Shown here: positions 11,911 to 27,172 of the stretch, piece by piece
How positions within the stretch are numbered: position 1 is the stretch's first letter
Layout: the number at the start of each line of letters is the position of its first letter
Assembly: GCF_009914755.1 (NCBI RefSeq)
Contig: NC_060927.1
Strand: one strand, 5' to 3'
Origin: the human T2T-CHM13v2.0 reference genome, Homo sapiens
Length of the DNA stretch: 64,000 nucleotides
The notes under the pieces: model-generated
The model's database searches: none
Told to the model about the DNA's origin: nothing
The model's input: only the letters and a program-made list of their open reading frames with translations
Program-made: the position numbers and the translations under genes

Positions 11911-14219
11911 TTTTATGATTCACACCTATATTCAAATCATCAGCTTATTTTAAATTCATCTTCAAGAATTGGTATCTCTTTTGGTTTCTGAATCATGTCT
12001 TCTCTGTGTAGTTTAATATTTAAGCTGGGTTGGCTGTTCATTCTCTGGAGTTCTTAGATATCTAAACTTTCATAAAAGTAAGATTAAAGTTCTGGTATAA
12101 TATTTCAAAATGTCAAATGTAAACAATTGAGTTAATAATAAACCTATCTATTGCAGGTAATTAATTTGACAATGTTGCTTTTGGCTATATTATTCATACA
12201 GTATAATAAAATGTGCATAATTTTGTTTGCTTTGATGCCAATTTGACAAGCATATTTGTAGCTAATTAATGAGAAATAATTTCCACTTTTTATAGATGAC
12301 CTATGCCATAAGCTTTAACATAATTGTATATAAACATTATGTTCATATTACATGTATGAATTATAAGCAGATAAATACTTTGAGATGAGCATTGTCTTTT
12401 ATCTTATGTTTCTTCTTCACCTATGACTACTGGAGTTTGAGTGATTGTGCTTCATAAACTACTTTTTTTGAGATTCCTTTTCTCAACAACTCCAGTTTAA
12501 GCAGAAGACTGTTGTCATCTTTATTTGAAGTGCAGTTCAATACTATGTGGAGAGGCCACAAACATGCCACTGTATCATAAAAGTTGCATGAAAAAATATT
12601 TGAAAATGGTTATGGCATGATTTAAAGTTGTTTCTTGGTTTTTCCTTGGTTTACTCCTTAAGAAAATGAAAATCTTTTGTAAACATTAAGAATGAAAATA
12701 ATATGTTTGATTTTAATGGAAACTATATTACTTTATAGAATCATATTTAAAAATTCAGTAAATTAACTATTTATGCTGTCTTTTTCTTCTCATAATTAGC
12801 TAGGTATAAGGCCTGAAATGAAATTCATTCTCATTAGTCTTTCACTGACAGACCACTTTTATCAATTGCAAGCTGGGCTTGTATGCAATATATCAGTATG
12901 TGTGAATTTGTCATTTTCATCACAAGATTTGACCCCTGTTGAAATGTGTCTACCTGAGTCACAGAGACTATATACTGAAATTACAGTGGGAACTCTGATT
13001 CTGAGAGTTCACCAGAGAGATAATTAAATTAAGCTTGTTCACCTTCAAAAAGGAAATTCTGTTAACATTTGGAATGGACGGCAATAATGAAAGCATAAAA
13101 CTCAGTTTACTTGACATCCTGATAAGGATGACAAATTAATGCTGATTTTTTGGGGGTGGGGGAATTAAAATTGAAATGATGAGATAAGAATCTTATAAGC
13201 ACTGGATCTTTTTCTAAACAGCTTAAGGATTTTTTAATACTCAGTTTCACCAAGCTTTATTTTGTTTACTGCCTGCCATATGCCAGGGACTATGAAACAT
13301 TTGGAGGTATAAGTAAGAGTGAAATCTGTCCATGTCCTCCTAGAGCTTATATTTGGTCATAATAAATATTTAAACAAGTATTAATTATGCTTACTCTGAA
13401 GTGGAATGTGAAATGTAGACATGTGCTGGAGCTGCCCATTTAGTCCTGTGAGAGTTGATTATTAAATATTTAAGAATTTTGCAAGCTGGTTTGGGAGCTT
13501 GAAATTGGTCACGGTAGGAATAGACACATGTTGGAAGTTGATACATGCTGAAAATCATCTCCCTACATTCCTCCCAGCTGCTTTCCCAGAACACCACTAG
13601 GTATACCAAGGTGACCCCAAAATGGTGGCCCAGTCAAGATAATACTGAGGTATTCATTCAAACAAATATCCTTACAGTAATTTTTAGTGTTAATTTAGTG
13701 AGGCTATTGAGTTTTGGGTATGAAAAGGATGGAAAGTTATATATGCGCTTGATAATCTTAAGCTTTTCTATACACTAAGTAATTTGGCACTTTTCCAGAC
13801 ATTCCTACTCCATTGCAAAAATAAATAAATAAATAAGGTAATGCTACTAACCATATTAGTCTCCTAAGAGGCAGTTTAACAAACTCCATAGGACCTAAAG
13901 CAGCATCTCAAATCATTCTTTCAATCACATGGTTCACCCTCTGAGAAGAATTTTGGCACATGGATTTAGCTCCATATTGTTACACCCCCAGTCCTCTACC
14001 TTGGGCCCTATAATGTTTAGCTTCCTTTATAAAACTGATCACCAGAAGCTGCCAAACTGGCCTTTAGCTTAGCCTATATTTGTTGTAGATACCTGCCTGT
14101 GGGCAGTGGTTTATGTGGCTGTGTTGACTTCTAGTAACACCTTCTAACTAATAAATATTCCAAGGTAGTCCAGAATGTTGAGCTGTCTCTTTTATTTCAC
14201 TTTTTCTATGCCTTCTTTT

Positions 14220-14323
14220 TAGGGCTACCAGATAAAATGCAATACAATATTATTCATTGTTTATTTGAAATTAAAATTTAATCAAGAATACTGTAATTTT
14301 ATTTTCTAAATGGGACAACCCTG
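14220..14323. mobile_element. Internally deleted MER53-like hAT MITE
   Basis: Ends tagggctaccagataaaat and caaccctg form degenerate TIRs; internal ttattcattgtttatttgaaattaaaatttaa matches one MER53 arm. Confidence 0.7.
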
Positions 14324-14814
14324 TTCCTCTCTAAATTGCGGTCTGACCCCCAGAGTTGCCACATAATTTTGGAAAGTATATAAGCATTGTAGATTTGTGA
14401 TCAAAGGCAGTGGAAGTGAAGAGGAGATCATCTTTTTAATCTGATGTTTTTCTGTGAAAAGTTGCAGAGGCTTACAGGCTCATCTCTAAAAATCCTATTG
14501 AAGAATATGTTTCTTGTATACTTTGAGCTTAGAAAAAAGGAAAATAAAGTTTAAATTGGACAATGTAACCATTTTTCTGAGGGATGGTACATCAGAATGT
14601 CTCCAACAACAAATTAAAAAAAAAAAACCAAAAAGAGTGAAATAACCTAAGCATATAAAAGAAGGGAAATCTCTAGGTCATAATATATAATTTTAAATTA
14701 AAGCCTTTATATGAGATTCCAATGTAATTATTTGAGATTCCAACATGTGAGGTTTGAAACTTATTAAAAATAGCTTCTCAGTATCTGTAAGGCCTATTTC
14801 ATGGGATATTGGTT

Positions 14815-15060
14815 AGATAGTAGGCATTCAGGTCTGTCTATGTCAGTTTAAGTTCGATCTCTGTTTTCATTCACTATGTGACCATGCCAGTTACTTAATT
14901 TTCTGGGTCACAGTTTGGTCATTTCTAAAACAAAGGTAAGTAAGTCACCTTACTCATAGAGTTGTTGTTGGATGGTAATGTGTGTAAAACTCTTAGAACA
15001 TTGCCTGGCACAAGATATATAGTCAATATGAATTAACTATTAGAATTATCATCATTATTA
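14815..15060 (+). mobile_element. MIR SINE
   Basis: ctatgtgacc...ttacttaattttctgggtcacagttt...catagagttgttg...gtaaaactcttagaacattgcctggcaca. Confidence 0.75.
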
Positions 15061-16704
15061 CCTGCTAAAAGAAAAAAGATGATTACCAAACAAAGAACTG
15101 TGAAAAAAAATGTGGAAAATGGTTAATAAGGAGTAGTAATCAATGTGTAGTATGTTAAGATACAGTATGGGATTTTCATGGTTTATATTATTACTTGTGC
15201 AGTAAGTCTATGAAATAAAATGGGGGAGTCAGGTGAAAAGTATTCCAATTGTCTGGCAGCCTTCATGGGGTGTATCTTTTGCAATGGGTAGCAGTAAGTT
15301 GATGGAAAGCCGAAAGAGTGCACTTTTCATGTGAAAATTATTCATTTTTTATTGAGTCAATTTAAAAAATATTTTTACTAAGGACTTGTTGAAATATCTT
15401 GACAGCTCAGCACAGTCTTTCAACTTTAATGTTATATTTATAGAAGTAGCTAAGTGTATAATATCAATAGTTTTATGTATTAATAACTATTGAGTAATAC
15501 AAATCAAACTACAAATCATAAATTGACAACAACAAAATGGAAGCCTTTTAATTGACATTTAATAATCACTATTACTTTAGAGGAATAGCCTTCTAAAAAG
15601 ATGAACAATCTGCTTTTGTTCACAGATAATTTCCTAATTTTAGCTAGGATGACTTTTGCAGGAAATCCATTTCCTGCAGACTCTATTATTCCTTCTTTTC
15701 AGTCGGTGCATATACACAGTATATGCAAATAGGAAGATTTCTAACAGTCAGAACACTAGCAATGCAACTTCTTAACAATAACAGCCACAGACAAAATTTT
15801 AAATGGGCACATTTATGAAAAGGGTTCATACTGTTCAAGGTCCTCCTCTCTCCTTTTGGTGATCATTGTAGCTATTTATTTATGAGTTATGGGAAATGAC
15901 AACTATGGTCTTAAACTTAATTTAGAAAGTATTTTAGTTGCCCAAAAAGAAATGGTTTATTCACAGATTGTTTTTAAAGTAAAAGGAAAATAGAAAAATT
16001 CTACTGAATTCTAGACAAAATTTAATGGAATTATGTCATTTAAAATGAAGTACTTTATAGCTTTTAATGAAGTGTCTTATCAGCCTTTTAAAATTCTGTT
16101 TCTGTGCTAGTTACCATTGAGTAATTTTATTTCATTCTTCCATATTACCCTTTCATTTTTCCCAACCTGATTCTGTTCTTTATGAATTGAAAATCTCTGT
16201 CGAATAGTTTATTCTTACTATTTTCCCCTCATATTCTATGCTATAAAAAGCAGAGTTGGGCCAAACCAACTTTGGTTCTTTAGAGTGATATTTTGTAAGC
16301 CAGGATGCACGTAGGATTATTGTCTTTAGGGCTGTTGATTTGCCACTTATTCTTTTCTTTAAAAATAACTTTATAATGAATTTTACACAATTATTTTAGT
16401 TGCTTAGTTTTACAAGGCATTAGCTACCCAAACTTTTACAGGAGTCTAAAGGTATGCCACAATATAGTTTTTGTAACTCCGCAGAGTTCCCTCTTGTATT
16501 ATTTCCATGCAGTTTTTTTAATTCAAGTGGCAGTTTTTGAACAACCTTTTTAGAGCTCTCCTAGCTATTTCCTCTCCTTGCCCCTTTAATCTACATCTCC
16601 TCATTTATTTTCTCCATTGTGTCGTTGCTGCTCATTTTGGATTCAGTTCCCAGCAGGTTATCTTCACTGTGGGGTTTTGTCATGATGTTTGCTGGTGAAA
16701 TTTA

Positions 16705-17059
16705 AAATGAATCTTTGAAGATGTAATCAAATTGAGATGATGTCATTACTGGATATGAACTGACCCCAAATCCAATGACTGGTGTCTTTTTAAGAGAAAG
16801 AGAGAGCAAGACGCAAAAGGGCCATGTGAAAATGGAGGCAGAAAGCTACAAGCCAATGGGTGCCAAAGACTGTTGGCAACTACCAGAGGGTACAAAAGGA
16901 CAAGGAAGAAGTGTTTTGTAGAACCTCTTGAGGCAGCATGGCTCAGGTGACACCTTGATTTCAGATTTCTAGCCTCCAGAACTGTAAGAGAATACATTTC
17001 TGTTGTTTTAAAACACAGTTCATGGTAGTTTGTTATGGCAGCCCTAGAAAACTAACACA
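16705..17059 (+). mobile_element. MLT1B/C-like MaLR LTR; 5' edge approximate
   Basis: caaatccaatgactggtgtc, acaccttgatttcagatttctagcctccagaactgtaagagaatacatttctgttg, and terminal gcagccctagaaaactaacaca. Confidence 0.85.
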
Positions 17060-17209
17060 GAGCCCTTGTACATTTGACTGTAGCCTTTGACTTATTATTA
17101 TAAAAATGCTATCATCAATGACAAAATCAATTCCACTTTAATATTATTACCACATTTGATCAAGAGAGGGAATATTATGTAAGACAAATGTGAAAGAGCA
17201 TTGATGATA

Positions 17210-17450
17210 TTTCTTGGGTTCCTGCTCTGTGCTAAGATCTGTGCTAAATGTTCTACACAGATTAGTTCATTTGCTATTCACAGCAACCTTATAAGGTACT
17301 AATCATTGTCATCCACCTTTTTATAGATGAAGTGTTTAAAAGATAGAGAGGTTTTGTTTTTCTCCTTAAAGCTAGTTGAATAGCAGAGCCATGATCAAAT
17401 CTCAGTTCTGGCAAGCATTAAAGTCAGAGTTTGTGAACATCGTACAATAA
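17210..17450 (-). mobile_element. MIR SINE
   Basis: Antisense core tcacagcaaccttataaggtact...tttatagatgaa. Confidence 0.65.
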
Positions 17451-19199
17451 TAGCATTTCCTTCACAGCAGGCATTCAAAGATTATTAAAAAGGGAGATAA
17501 TGTTGTTGTTAATCATGCTTAGAAGTTTAAAAACTAATATTTTATTCAAATAAATAATTTCCTAGAACCACAAGATTTGAAAGAGAGGCAGAAGTTTGTG
17601 GAACTTTGTCTGCTTGTGTTAATCACTCTCACTCCCTGCCTGCCCCTAGCACTTCTTCTCTGCAGCCCCACACAAACACTGGTCTTTGCAAAACACAGGT
17701 TAAAAACGGACGTCATCATTTTAGTGTAAGGCAAATGAGACTTACAGAGACAAATTGACTTTTCCACAAACGTTGTATCAGATCATGTCAGAGCTGAGAT
17801 CAATGAATGTCCTGCTGTGAAGGAGAAGATGAGCCAATACTTTTACAGCATAATTGATATGGGCCATCTGGGCTTCAGATTTTTCTTATCACAGATAAAA
17901 TAGGAAGCTCAGGCATTACAAAGCAAACTATCCCACAACTGTAGGCAGTACCATGAACAGCTGTGAGCAAAGTGCTTTTTATGAAATAACACAGATGTTC
18001 TTCATTACAAATATTACTGAGCCATTAAATGCCATTTTAAATAAAGATGATTTACAAAGGTAATAATTGATAGTGATTGAGGATGCACACATCTTGGCCG
18101 TGTATAAAATGCACTATCTTCTATACATTACTTATTAGGCCTGATAAAATACAGATTTCTTGAGCCTAATGAGAATGAGGTGAATTGGAACTAACTGCTG
18201 AAAGTTTTCTTTTACTTTCCTTGCATCTAATCATTGGAAAAATGAATTGACCTTAGGTGAGCATGAAAAATATTTCAAATTTTATTTTTGTCAAAACCCC
18301 TAAATATGTAAAGCTTTGAAATCTGGGTTTTGTAACAGTCTGGCTTCCCTAAGGCACATTAAGTTTTTCCAAGATCAATTAGTTTTAAATTTCACCTGAT
18401 GAAAATGTGATAGCTGAAATGAGTTGCCCTAGTCTGCACTCCCGAATGTTAGACTATCTTTTATGATCCTATTTCTTGGAAATAAGATTGGGATAATAAA
18501 TGGCCATAAAAGGATTAAAGCTAAACATTGAAAATTTTGAAAGAAACCAAAATAATTGGGGTCAATTGAGATATGTATTTAAATACAGAAACTTTTAATG
18601 CTCTCAATGTATCAAGCCATCAATCTGTAACCAGCAACCATTGATGGTCTCAGTTGCTAAGTCACTGATGTATACATTAAGCATTTTCTAATATGTCTAT
18701 ACCACCCTGAATTCCACTACATGGAAGATTCAAATAACTCTCTGGAATGATAACAGGAGAGGGAGGCCATTATACCATGTACATTAATAGCTTGTGCCTC
18801 AGGCTACAGGTGAGTCTGAAACAGCTTGATATCATGGTATAAAAATCAGTGCCATTGTAATAATTAGTTATTTTGACATTTCTTGCAAATTTCAGCCATA
18901 TGACTCTCATATTTCTCAGTTCATAAGTAGACATTAACTGAACTGGAAACAGCTTGCACCTTTTCTTCAAAAATCTTAGCCCAGAGCTTCCATGCTCAGA
19001 TCAATTTTTGAAAGTCCTGCCTTAAGTAGGCATAACCCTGTCTTGACTCTGAACCTAGATCCCTGCCTGATCTGATGGCAAATTAGAAACTTCTATACAA
19101 GTCAATGGGGTTTAGACAGAATCTTTTGCCTTAGTGCCCTGGGTTTACTCATAAGATATTTAAACATGCCTGGAGTACGACAGTACAAGTTTTAGAGGT

Positions 19200-20585
<1,386 letters not shown>

Positions 20586-22037
20586 AATATATATGTGTGA
20601 GATACTTAAAGGCAGGCTGTTTTTCCTATTCCTAATTTTACCTCTTATTTTCTGGACTAATTTGTCCATCTGTGGACCTTGGTTTCTGTTTATCAAACAG
20701 AGGTTCGTTCCAAAAAGCTAAGCTTATTGCTAAGAGCTCTCTCCATTCCTATGCAGTTTCTTTCTTCATCTAGCTCTGGATCCTGCCTTAATAAATATTG
20801 CACATCACTTTGATGGTGTTCTTTCACCAGATGTAAATAGCTATCACCAGTGACATAAAGCCCCTCCAGTCTTGACAATTTCTACTAGTTTCCTTTGTGG
20901 ATACATGGGCACTGATGTCTGGACTGGCCAGGGGTTTTCTAAGCCCCTAGAGATTTAATGATTTGAGCTATTAATTAGTGCCAGAAAGGACTAGTTTTTA
21001 TGAGTTTGGTGAGTTTATATTAGTCCTATCTAAGCCACCTCTGGGATATTCTTCCTTGTTCTCTTCTACTCACGCAGAAACACACCATTTATTCTTAAAT
21101 TCCTATGAGAAAAGCCCCATTAGCCTATGTTATATAACTGAAAAGTTGTCTGATTAGGTTAGGTTTGGACTTTACATTTTGAGGCAGATAAAACTGGTTC
21201 CTATATGATTATTTAAAAGAAGTGAGGCTTTATAAATTCTATGATGTTGTAACAGTTGAGATTTAAGGTTTTATATAAAACATTTTTAGGTAGTATCAAA
21301 TAAGAATAGAAATTTCTCCTTTTTTGATGACATGAAAAGTCAGTCTGTAGAAGAACAAAGTTTCAAAATCATGGGTGAATTATTCTGATAAGTTATCTTT
21401 CATAGTTCACCACATTTCCCATTCAATAGCTACTGAACATGCTGAATAGGATAGTTATTATCAGGGAATTACCTTATTCTTTTCTGGCCACTTCTTTCAA
21501 ACATAGTTTATCAGATACTAATTCCCCACACATTTATTAAAATCTTGGGTAGATCTCATAACATTCTCTTCATTTTCAGACATCAAAATAACTTCATTTT
21601 CTGAAACTAGTATTTAAGGCAAGTCTTGTTCTCACATTTATTTCCAGTCTCCTCCTTGAACTCTCAGCTCACGCTTGATCTGCTTTTTTAGGACAAGAAG
21701 TAAGGGAGGATGTTGTAGTCTGTTTTGGACCTTCTTGTTTCTTTTAATTCTTCTCCTTGCACTCAGCTTTTGGCTAGTGCACAGTTGAGAAGAATAAGGG
21801 CAAACATCTCTGCACTTAGCTGATAGCTGTGATTTAGTATTAGCTGGTAAAAACTCTTTTTCAAAGCAAATGTTCTAGTTTTTGCTTTTCTGAGTAGTAT
21901 TAGTAGTAGCTTCTTTCAAAGCCCTCTGAATTTCACTGGCCACTGATATGGCAATATGCTCTGTGACTGCATATTTGTCAACCCACAGCTGTTACCTTGT
22001 GATGAAATTCCATATAGATTCTTTTTTGCTGGCACTC

Positions 22038-22596
22038 TGTATTAATTTGGGATCTTTAAGGTGGTGAGTACCTTTTTAATGACTAAGAAAAACACAAGTT
22101 GAAAATTAAAATGTTTTTACTTACAGGCCCTGGAGGTACACACCATGCCATAATGGAGGTGGGTCAGCACCAGGAAAGAGAGGGATAACAATCTGTGAGC
22201 CAATGCTTTTATTGAGTCTGGGGCATTATCCAAACGGGGTTCCTGCAGCAAGTTTTAATGGGTGGGTTTGAAGCAAGGAGGCACAAGTTCCAGAAGGTCA
22301 TGCTGTGACTGAAAGGTGGTTACTGTGAAAATACCTACACAGTCCATGAGGGGGTCAGTGAGGCTGCTCAAGTATGTTTTATCTAGCTGTCCCACAGACA
22401 GGTGGTCATGAAGAGGAAGTTGTATAAGGCAGTCGTGTAATACCACAATGAGGAACTGGCAGGGTTTGAGGGGGAGTGAGCTGAAGAGTTGAAAACTGTC
22501 TCATAGGTGACTGTGACCCACTTCTGGTATGAGAAAGTCCAACTTATACTCACAGTGGATGCCAAGGCAACACCATAATGATATGAATGCATTACA
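22038..22596 (-). mobile_element. ERVL solo LTR (MER54/LTR53-like)
   Basis: TG...CA ends; minus strand begins tgtaatgcattcatatcattatggtgttgccttggcatcc...aagttggactttctcataccagaag, as recalled for the MER54/LTR53 group. Confidence 0.7.
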
Positions 22597-24394
22597 GACC
22601 CCTTTGTTCAATAGATGCTCCTTTTGGGCAGTGTCTTTTTATTATATGCCAATTCTGTCTTCCTTTGTGATATGCACTTAGCCTGAGAGAACCAAGGTAC
22701 TTTTTTGTCACCAACACCAGGAGTGCAGCTTTCTCTCGTTACTGTTCTGTCTTTCTTGGCAGGCTTCCCAAGGTTGCTTCTTGTCAGAATGTTCTAGATA
22801 AAAGTTGTTACAGGTAACTATGTCCCACCTCCAACTTTTATATGTAATTTTCTCTCAAAGCGCTCTTGACTTCTGCTCTGGTGGCTGCTGTGGCCAAGCT
22901 GAAGCTTCAGCAGCTCCGTTAATATTTTTTTCAGGTTGTACGATATGCGCTTCCCCTTTAGCAAGCATCCACAGTCTCGGGGAGGGCTCTCTTGATGCCT
23001 CCATCACTTGCCTTGAGGTGTAGCAAAAGAGGGATAATCCCCATCATTGCCACTGTGGGGATCAAGCAGAAATTCTATAGCATTCTATACTTCTACCAAT
23101 TATTTTACAACAGCCTCTCACACCACTCCTGTGACAATAAATCCTTACTATGCCTGATATATATATATATATATGGCTATTTATAGTTCTGCAAAAAAAT
23201 TTTTAGATTATAAGTTCCTCTGACCAGACAATACTGCTGTAGAACACAATCCTAAAACCCTAGGATAGAGCAGGCTTAAGGTTCTTAAGGATGAGACACC
23301 TAAGTAATATGTTTGGCATTTGAGAATCTTCCAGACATTGCATTGTTGTTAGGTAAAAGAATGAAGTGGTTTTCTTTAAAAAATTGTAGTACTTTACATC
23401 TATGCTGAAGTACACTTCAAACACCAAATGGAATGTGTGTAGTAAAAATGATGCTTATTTAGTTTTCCAGCCATGAGTTAAACCATCTGTGTTTTGAGAC
23501 ACCCGCACTGGCTCTTCTCTGGACAAAATACCTAAAAATACAACTTATTAAATGATATATTACTTTTATTTCATTGTCCTGGGTGACATAATTGGTTAAA
23601 ACATTTGCAATGCATTTTTAAGCAACTTGATCTAGAGCTAGGGAAAAGGAACAAATCATAACTTGTACTTTCCATACGTTTTGATATTCTCCATATGGCA
23701 TTTGGGTCAGGAAGTTGCTAGAAAGAAAAATAGAAAATAAAAAAAAAATCAAAAACCAAAATCTTTATTTTTTTTCAGTGCAGGCCTCATTACCTATTTT
23801 ATATCAATTGAAAAAAGCAAACTGCAATTTTTCTTGCTATTCCAAACATCTCTCTCTTATGTCTTTACCTGAATTCTTCCCTCTGACCATGCCTGGCATA
23901 TCAATTCTCTTGAAGAACATACCTTACTCTATTACTCTATATAAAGTGTTCCAATGATTTCTTTTTGTTTGACAATTACTCTTTGTTTAAACATTTCAGC
24001 TTGGCATGGAAACTTTTCTTCAGTTTATGAAACAAGTGCTCCTTAGTTTTGTGTGCATTTTCCTCTAATGTATTTTATGTTTTCCCAATGAATCTGTTTC
24101 TATCCATGTTCCTTGCTACTTTAATTCTTTCCTCTTAAAAAAGGCTTTATTTTATTTTGAAATATATTCTTTTTATAAATATTTAGGTTGTAAAATGCAA
24201 CAAAAATGGCAATATATCCAAAATCGCACCATCAGAAATAATGTTTTTAATATCAGCTGAACATTTTCTTAAACATTTGTCGAAGCACCTATAAAGAGGA
24301 ATAAATAATCACACTTTCCATAAACTCTCCATTTTATTTGGTGCCTTAGTTAGTGGAGCAATATCTACATTATTTAACTAAAATAACTATTTTA

Positions 24395-25221
24395 CTGTTG
24401 AGGCTATCCAAGCAAGGTAGTGGAAGAGGATTCCCTCATGTTTGTGCACGGAAACATCAACTTGAACAATTATTCATGTACAAAAATACCTTGATGAGAC
24501 GGAAGGAAATCCAGCGAAAGGTTACCAAAATTAAGGGTGCCACAAAAATTTAAAAAATGAAATACATTGAAGAGGGTAGGAAGAACCATTTTACATTACC
24601 CATGCCACCCCTCACCTAACCTGGGGAAGTACAGCATAGAGAGAGCTACCTTTTACTCAGAAAAAAGGAGAGAGAAGTGAGCATCAGACTTTGCCTTGTA
24701 CCCCAACACAAGGCCCATCCCACTAAAACTCAGCACTGAAAAGGCTCCCAAAACCCCAGACGTCAGGCTGGTACCCACAGGCTGAGCTTGCAGGCCTGAC
24801 CCAGGCTCATGCTGGAACCTGTAGCTCCAAGTCCCAGGGATATTCAGGTTCAGGTCCCAGGGACTAGGTCCCTGGGGCTGCCACATCATTATGCTGACTT
24901 TAGTGGTCCCAGGTCCTGGACTTTACTGGCTCTGGACTGGCCACAGCAATGAGGCAGTCCCAGCTGCCTGGGGATCTAGTCCCACTTCTTCCAGGCCAAC
25001 TATCATAGACTTCTCTAAGCCTACCACAGAGCCAAGTTAACCCTAGTGGCCCTGGGCTCCAGACCACCCCCAGCACTGGGCCAACAAGGAAAATAGAACA
25101 GGACAAAAGATCTACAAAACAACCAGGAAATCATTAATGAAATGACAGGAATGTGTACTTATCTATTCATAATTACCTTGAACATATATTGATTAAATTC
25201 TCCAATCAAAAGATGTAAAGT
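24395..25221 (+). mobile_element. Old L1MA-like 5' UTR joined to the inter-ORF region and ORF2 start
   Basis: GC-richer 5' UTR-like tract, then caaaacaaccaggaaa...ATGACAGGA (25142)...aattctccaatcaaaagat; most of ORF1 is absent. Confidence 0.65.
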
Positions 25222-26600
25222 GGTAATATGAGGCAGCTGTCTTTGTTTTTTGTTTCTTTTTGTTTTGTTTTTGCTTAGAGTTGCTTTGGCTTTCCAGGCT
25301 TGTTTTTGGCTCCATATGAAATATAGAATAGCTTTTCTAATTATGTAAAACATAACATTTGTAGTTTGATAGGAATAGCATTGAATCTCTAGATTGCTTT
25401 GTGCAGTATGGCCATTTTAAAAATAATGATTCTTCCAATCCATGATCATGTAATGTTTTTCCATTTGTTTGTGTCATCTGTGATTTCTTTTAGTAGCGTT
25501 TTATAGTTCCCTTTGTAGATGTCTTTGACCTCTTCAGTTAGATGTATCCGTAGGTATTTTTGGGGCATGTGTGTGTGTCTGCTGTAAGTGGGATTGCATT
25601 TTTTATTTGGTCCTCAGCTTTAACATTATTGGTATTCATTATTTAACATTTAAATATTTAATATTATTGGTATCAGAAATGCTACTGATTTGTATATATT
25701 GATTTTATATCCTAGAAGTTAACTGAATTTATTTATCAGTACTGGGAGCCTTTTGGCAGGGTCTTTAGGGTTTTCTAAGTACAGAATCATACCTTCAGCA
25801 AAGAGGGTTAGTTTGACTTATTTCTCTATTTGGATGCCTTTTATTTTTTTCTCTTTCCTGACTGCTCTGGCTAGCACCTCCAGAATTACACTGACTAGGG
25901 TTGGTGGAGAGGGCATTCTTTTCCAGCTCCAGTTCTCAACAGGAATGCTTTTGCCTTTTACCTGTTCAGTATGATGTTGGCTGTGGTTTTGTCATAGATG
26001 GCTCTTATTATTTTTAGGTGTGTTTTTTGATGTCTAGTTTGTTGAGGTTTTGTATCATGAAGGGATGCTGGAGTTTATCAAAATCTTTTTCTATATATAT
26101 TGAGATGATCATATAATTTTTGTTTTTAATTCTGTTTATCTGGTGAATCACATTTATTGATTTGCATCTGTTGGATCAAACTTGCATCTCAGGAATAAGC
26201 CTACCTGACCATGGCGAATTAAGTTTTTGGAGTGCTGCTTTATTCAGTTTGCCAGTATTTTGCTGAGGATTTTTGTGTCTATGTTCAACAGGGATATTGG
26301 CCTAAAAAATTTTCCTGTTTATTGTGTTTTTTCCAGCTTTTGATAGCAGATTGATTCTGGCTTTGCAGGATGAGTTAGGGAGGAATCTCTCCTCCTCAAT
26401 TCTTTTGTAATAATTTCACTAAGATTGATATTCGCTCTTCAGCCGTGAATCCATTTGGTCCAGGGCCATATTGTTTGGTAGGTTTTTCATTACTAATGTA
26501 ATTTTGGGATTCATTATTAGTCTATTCAGGTTCAAACTTGAGAGATTGTGTGTTAATGGGAATTTATCCATTTCCTGTAGATTTTCTAGTTCGTGTGCAT
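25222..26600 (-). mobile_element. L1 (L1PB or old L1PA-like) ORF2, inverted segment
   Basis: Antisense ORF2 from the KLENL-EMDKF region to the FIW...KATLSK...HIT region (ORF 25159..25353). Confidence 0.88.
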
Positions 26601-27172
26601 ATTACAAGACAACGGCAATCAAAACAGCATAGTACTTGAACAAAAACAGACACATAAACCAATGAAATGAATAGAGAATCTAGAAATAAAGTCATACACC
26701 TACAGCCATCTGATTTTTTTAAAGTCAAAAAAACAAGCAATGGCAAAAGGACAGTCTATTTAATAAATGATGCTGAGATATGGGATATAAATTGGCTAAC
26801 CATAAGCAGAATAATAAAACTGAACCCCTACCTATCACCATACATAAACATTAACTCAAAATGTATTAAAGACTTAAATGTAACATCTCGAACTATAAAA
26901 ATCCCGGAAGAAAATCTAGGAAATATCCTTTTTGACATCAGCCTTGGCAGAGAATTTATGGCTACATCCTCAAAAGCAGTTGCAAAGGAAAAAAAAAGTT
27001 GACAAGCAGGACCTAATTAAATGGAAGAGCTTCTGCACAGCAACAGAAACTATCAAGAGAGTAAACAGACAAACTACAGAATGGGAGAAAAGATTTGCAA
27101 AATATGTATTTGACAAAGTTCTAACATCCAGAATCTGTAAGTAACTTAAACAAATCAACAAGCAAAAACAGA
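26601..27172 (+). mobile_element. L1 ORF2 sense segment continuing the inverted piece
   Basis: ORFs 26667..27002 and 26932..27144 show ORF2 C-terminal similarity ([45 protein letters not shown]). Confidence 0.88.

Noticed and set aside
12429-12496. Possible stem actggagtttgag / ctcaacaactccagt
   Set aside because: Only 13 bp with a bulge and a 40-nt loop, within chance expectation.
14712-14743. Direct repeat tgagattccaa, two copies
   Set aside because: Single 11-bp duplication typical of replication slippage; a similar case is at 504-530.
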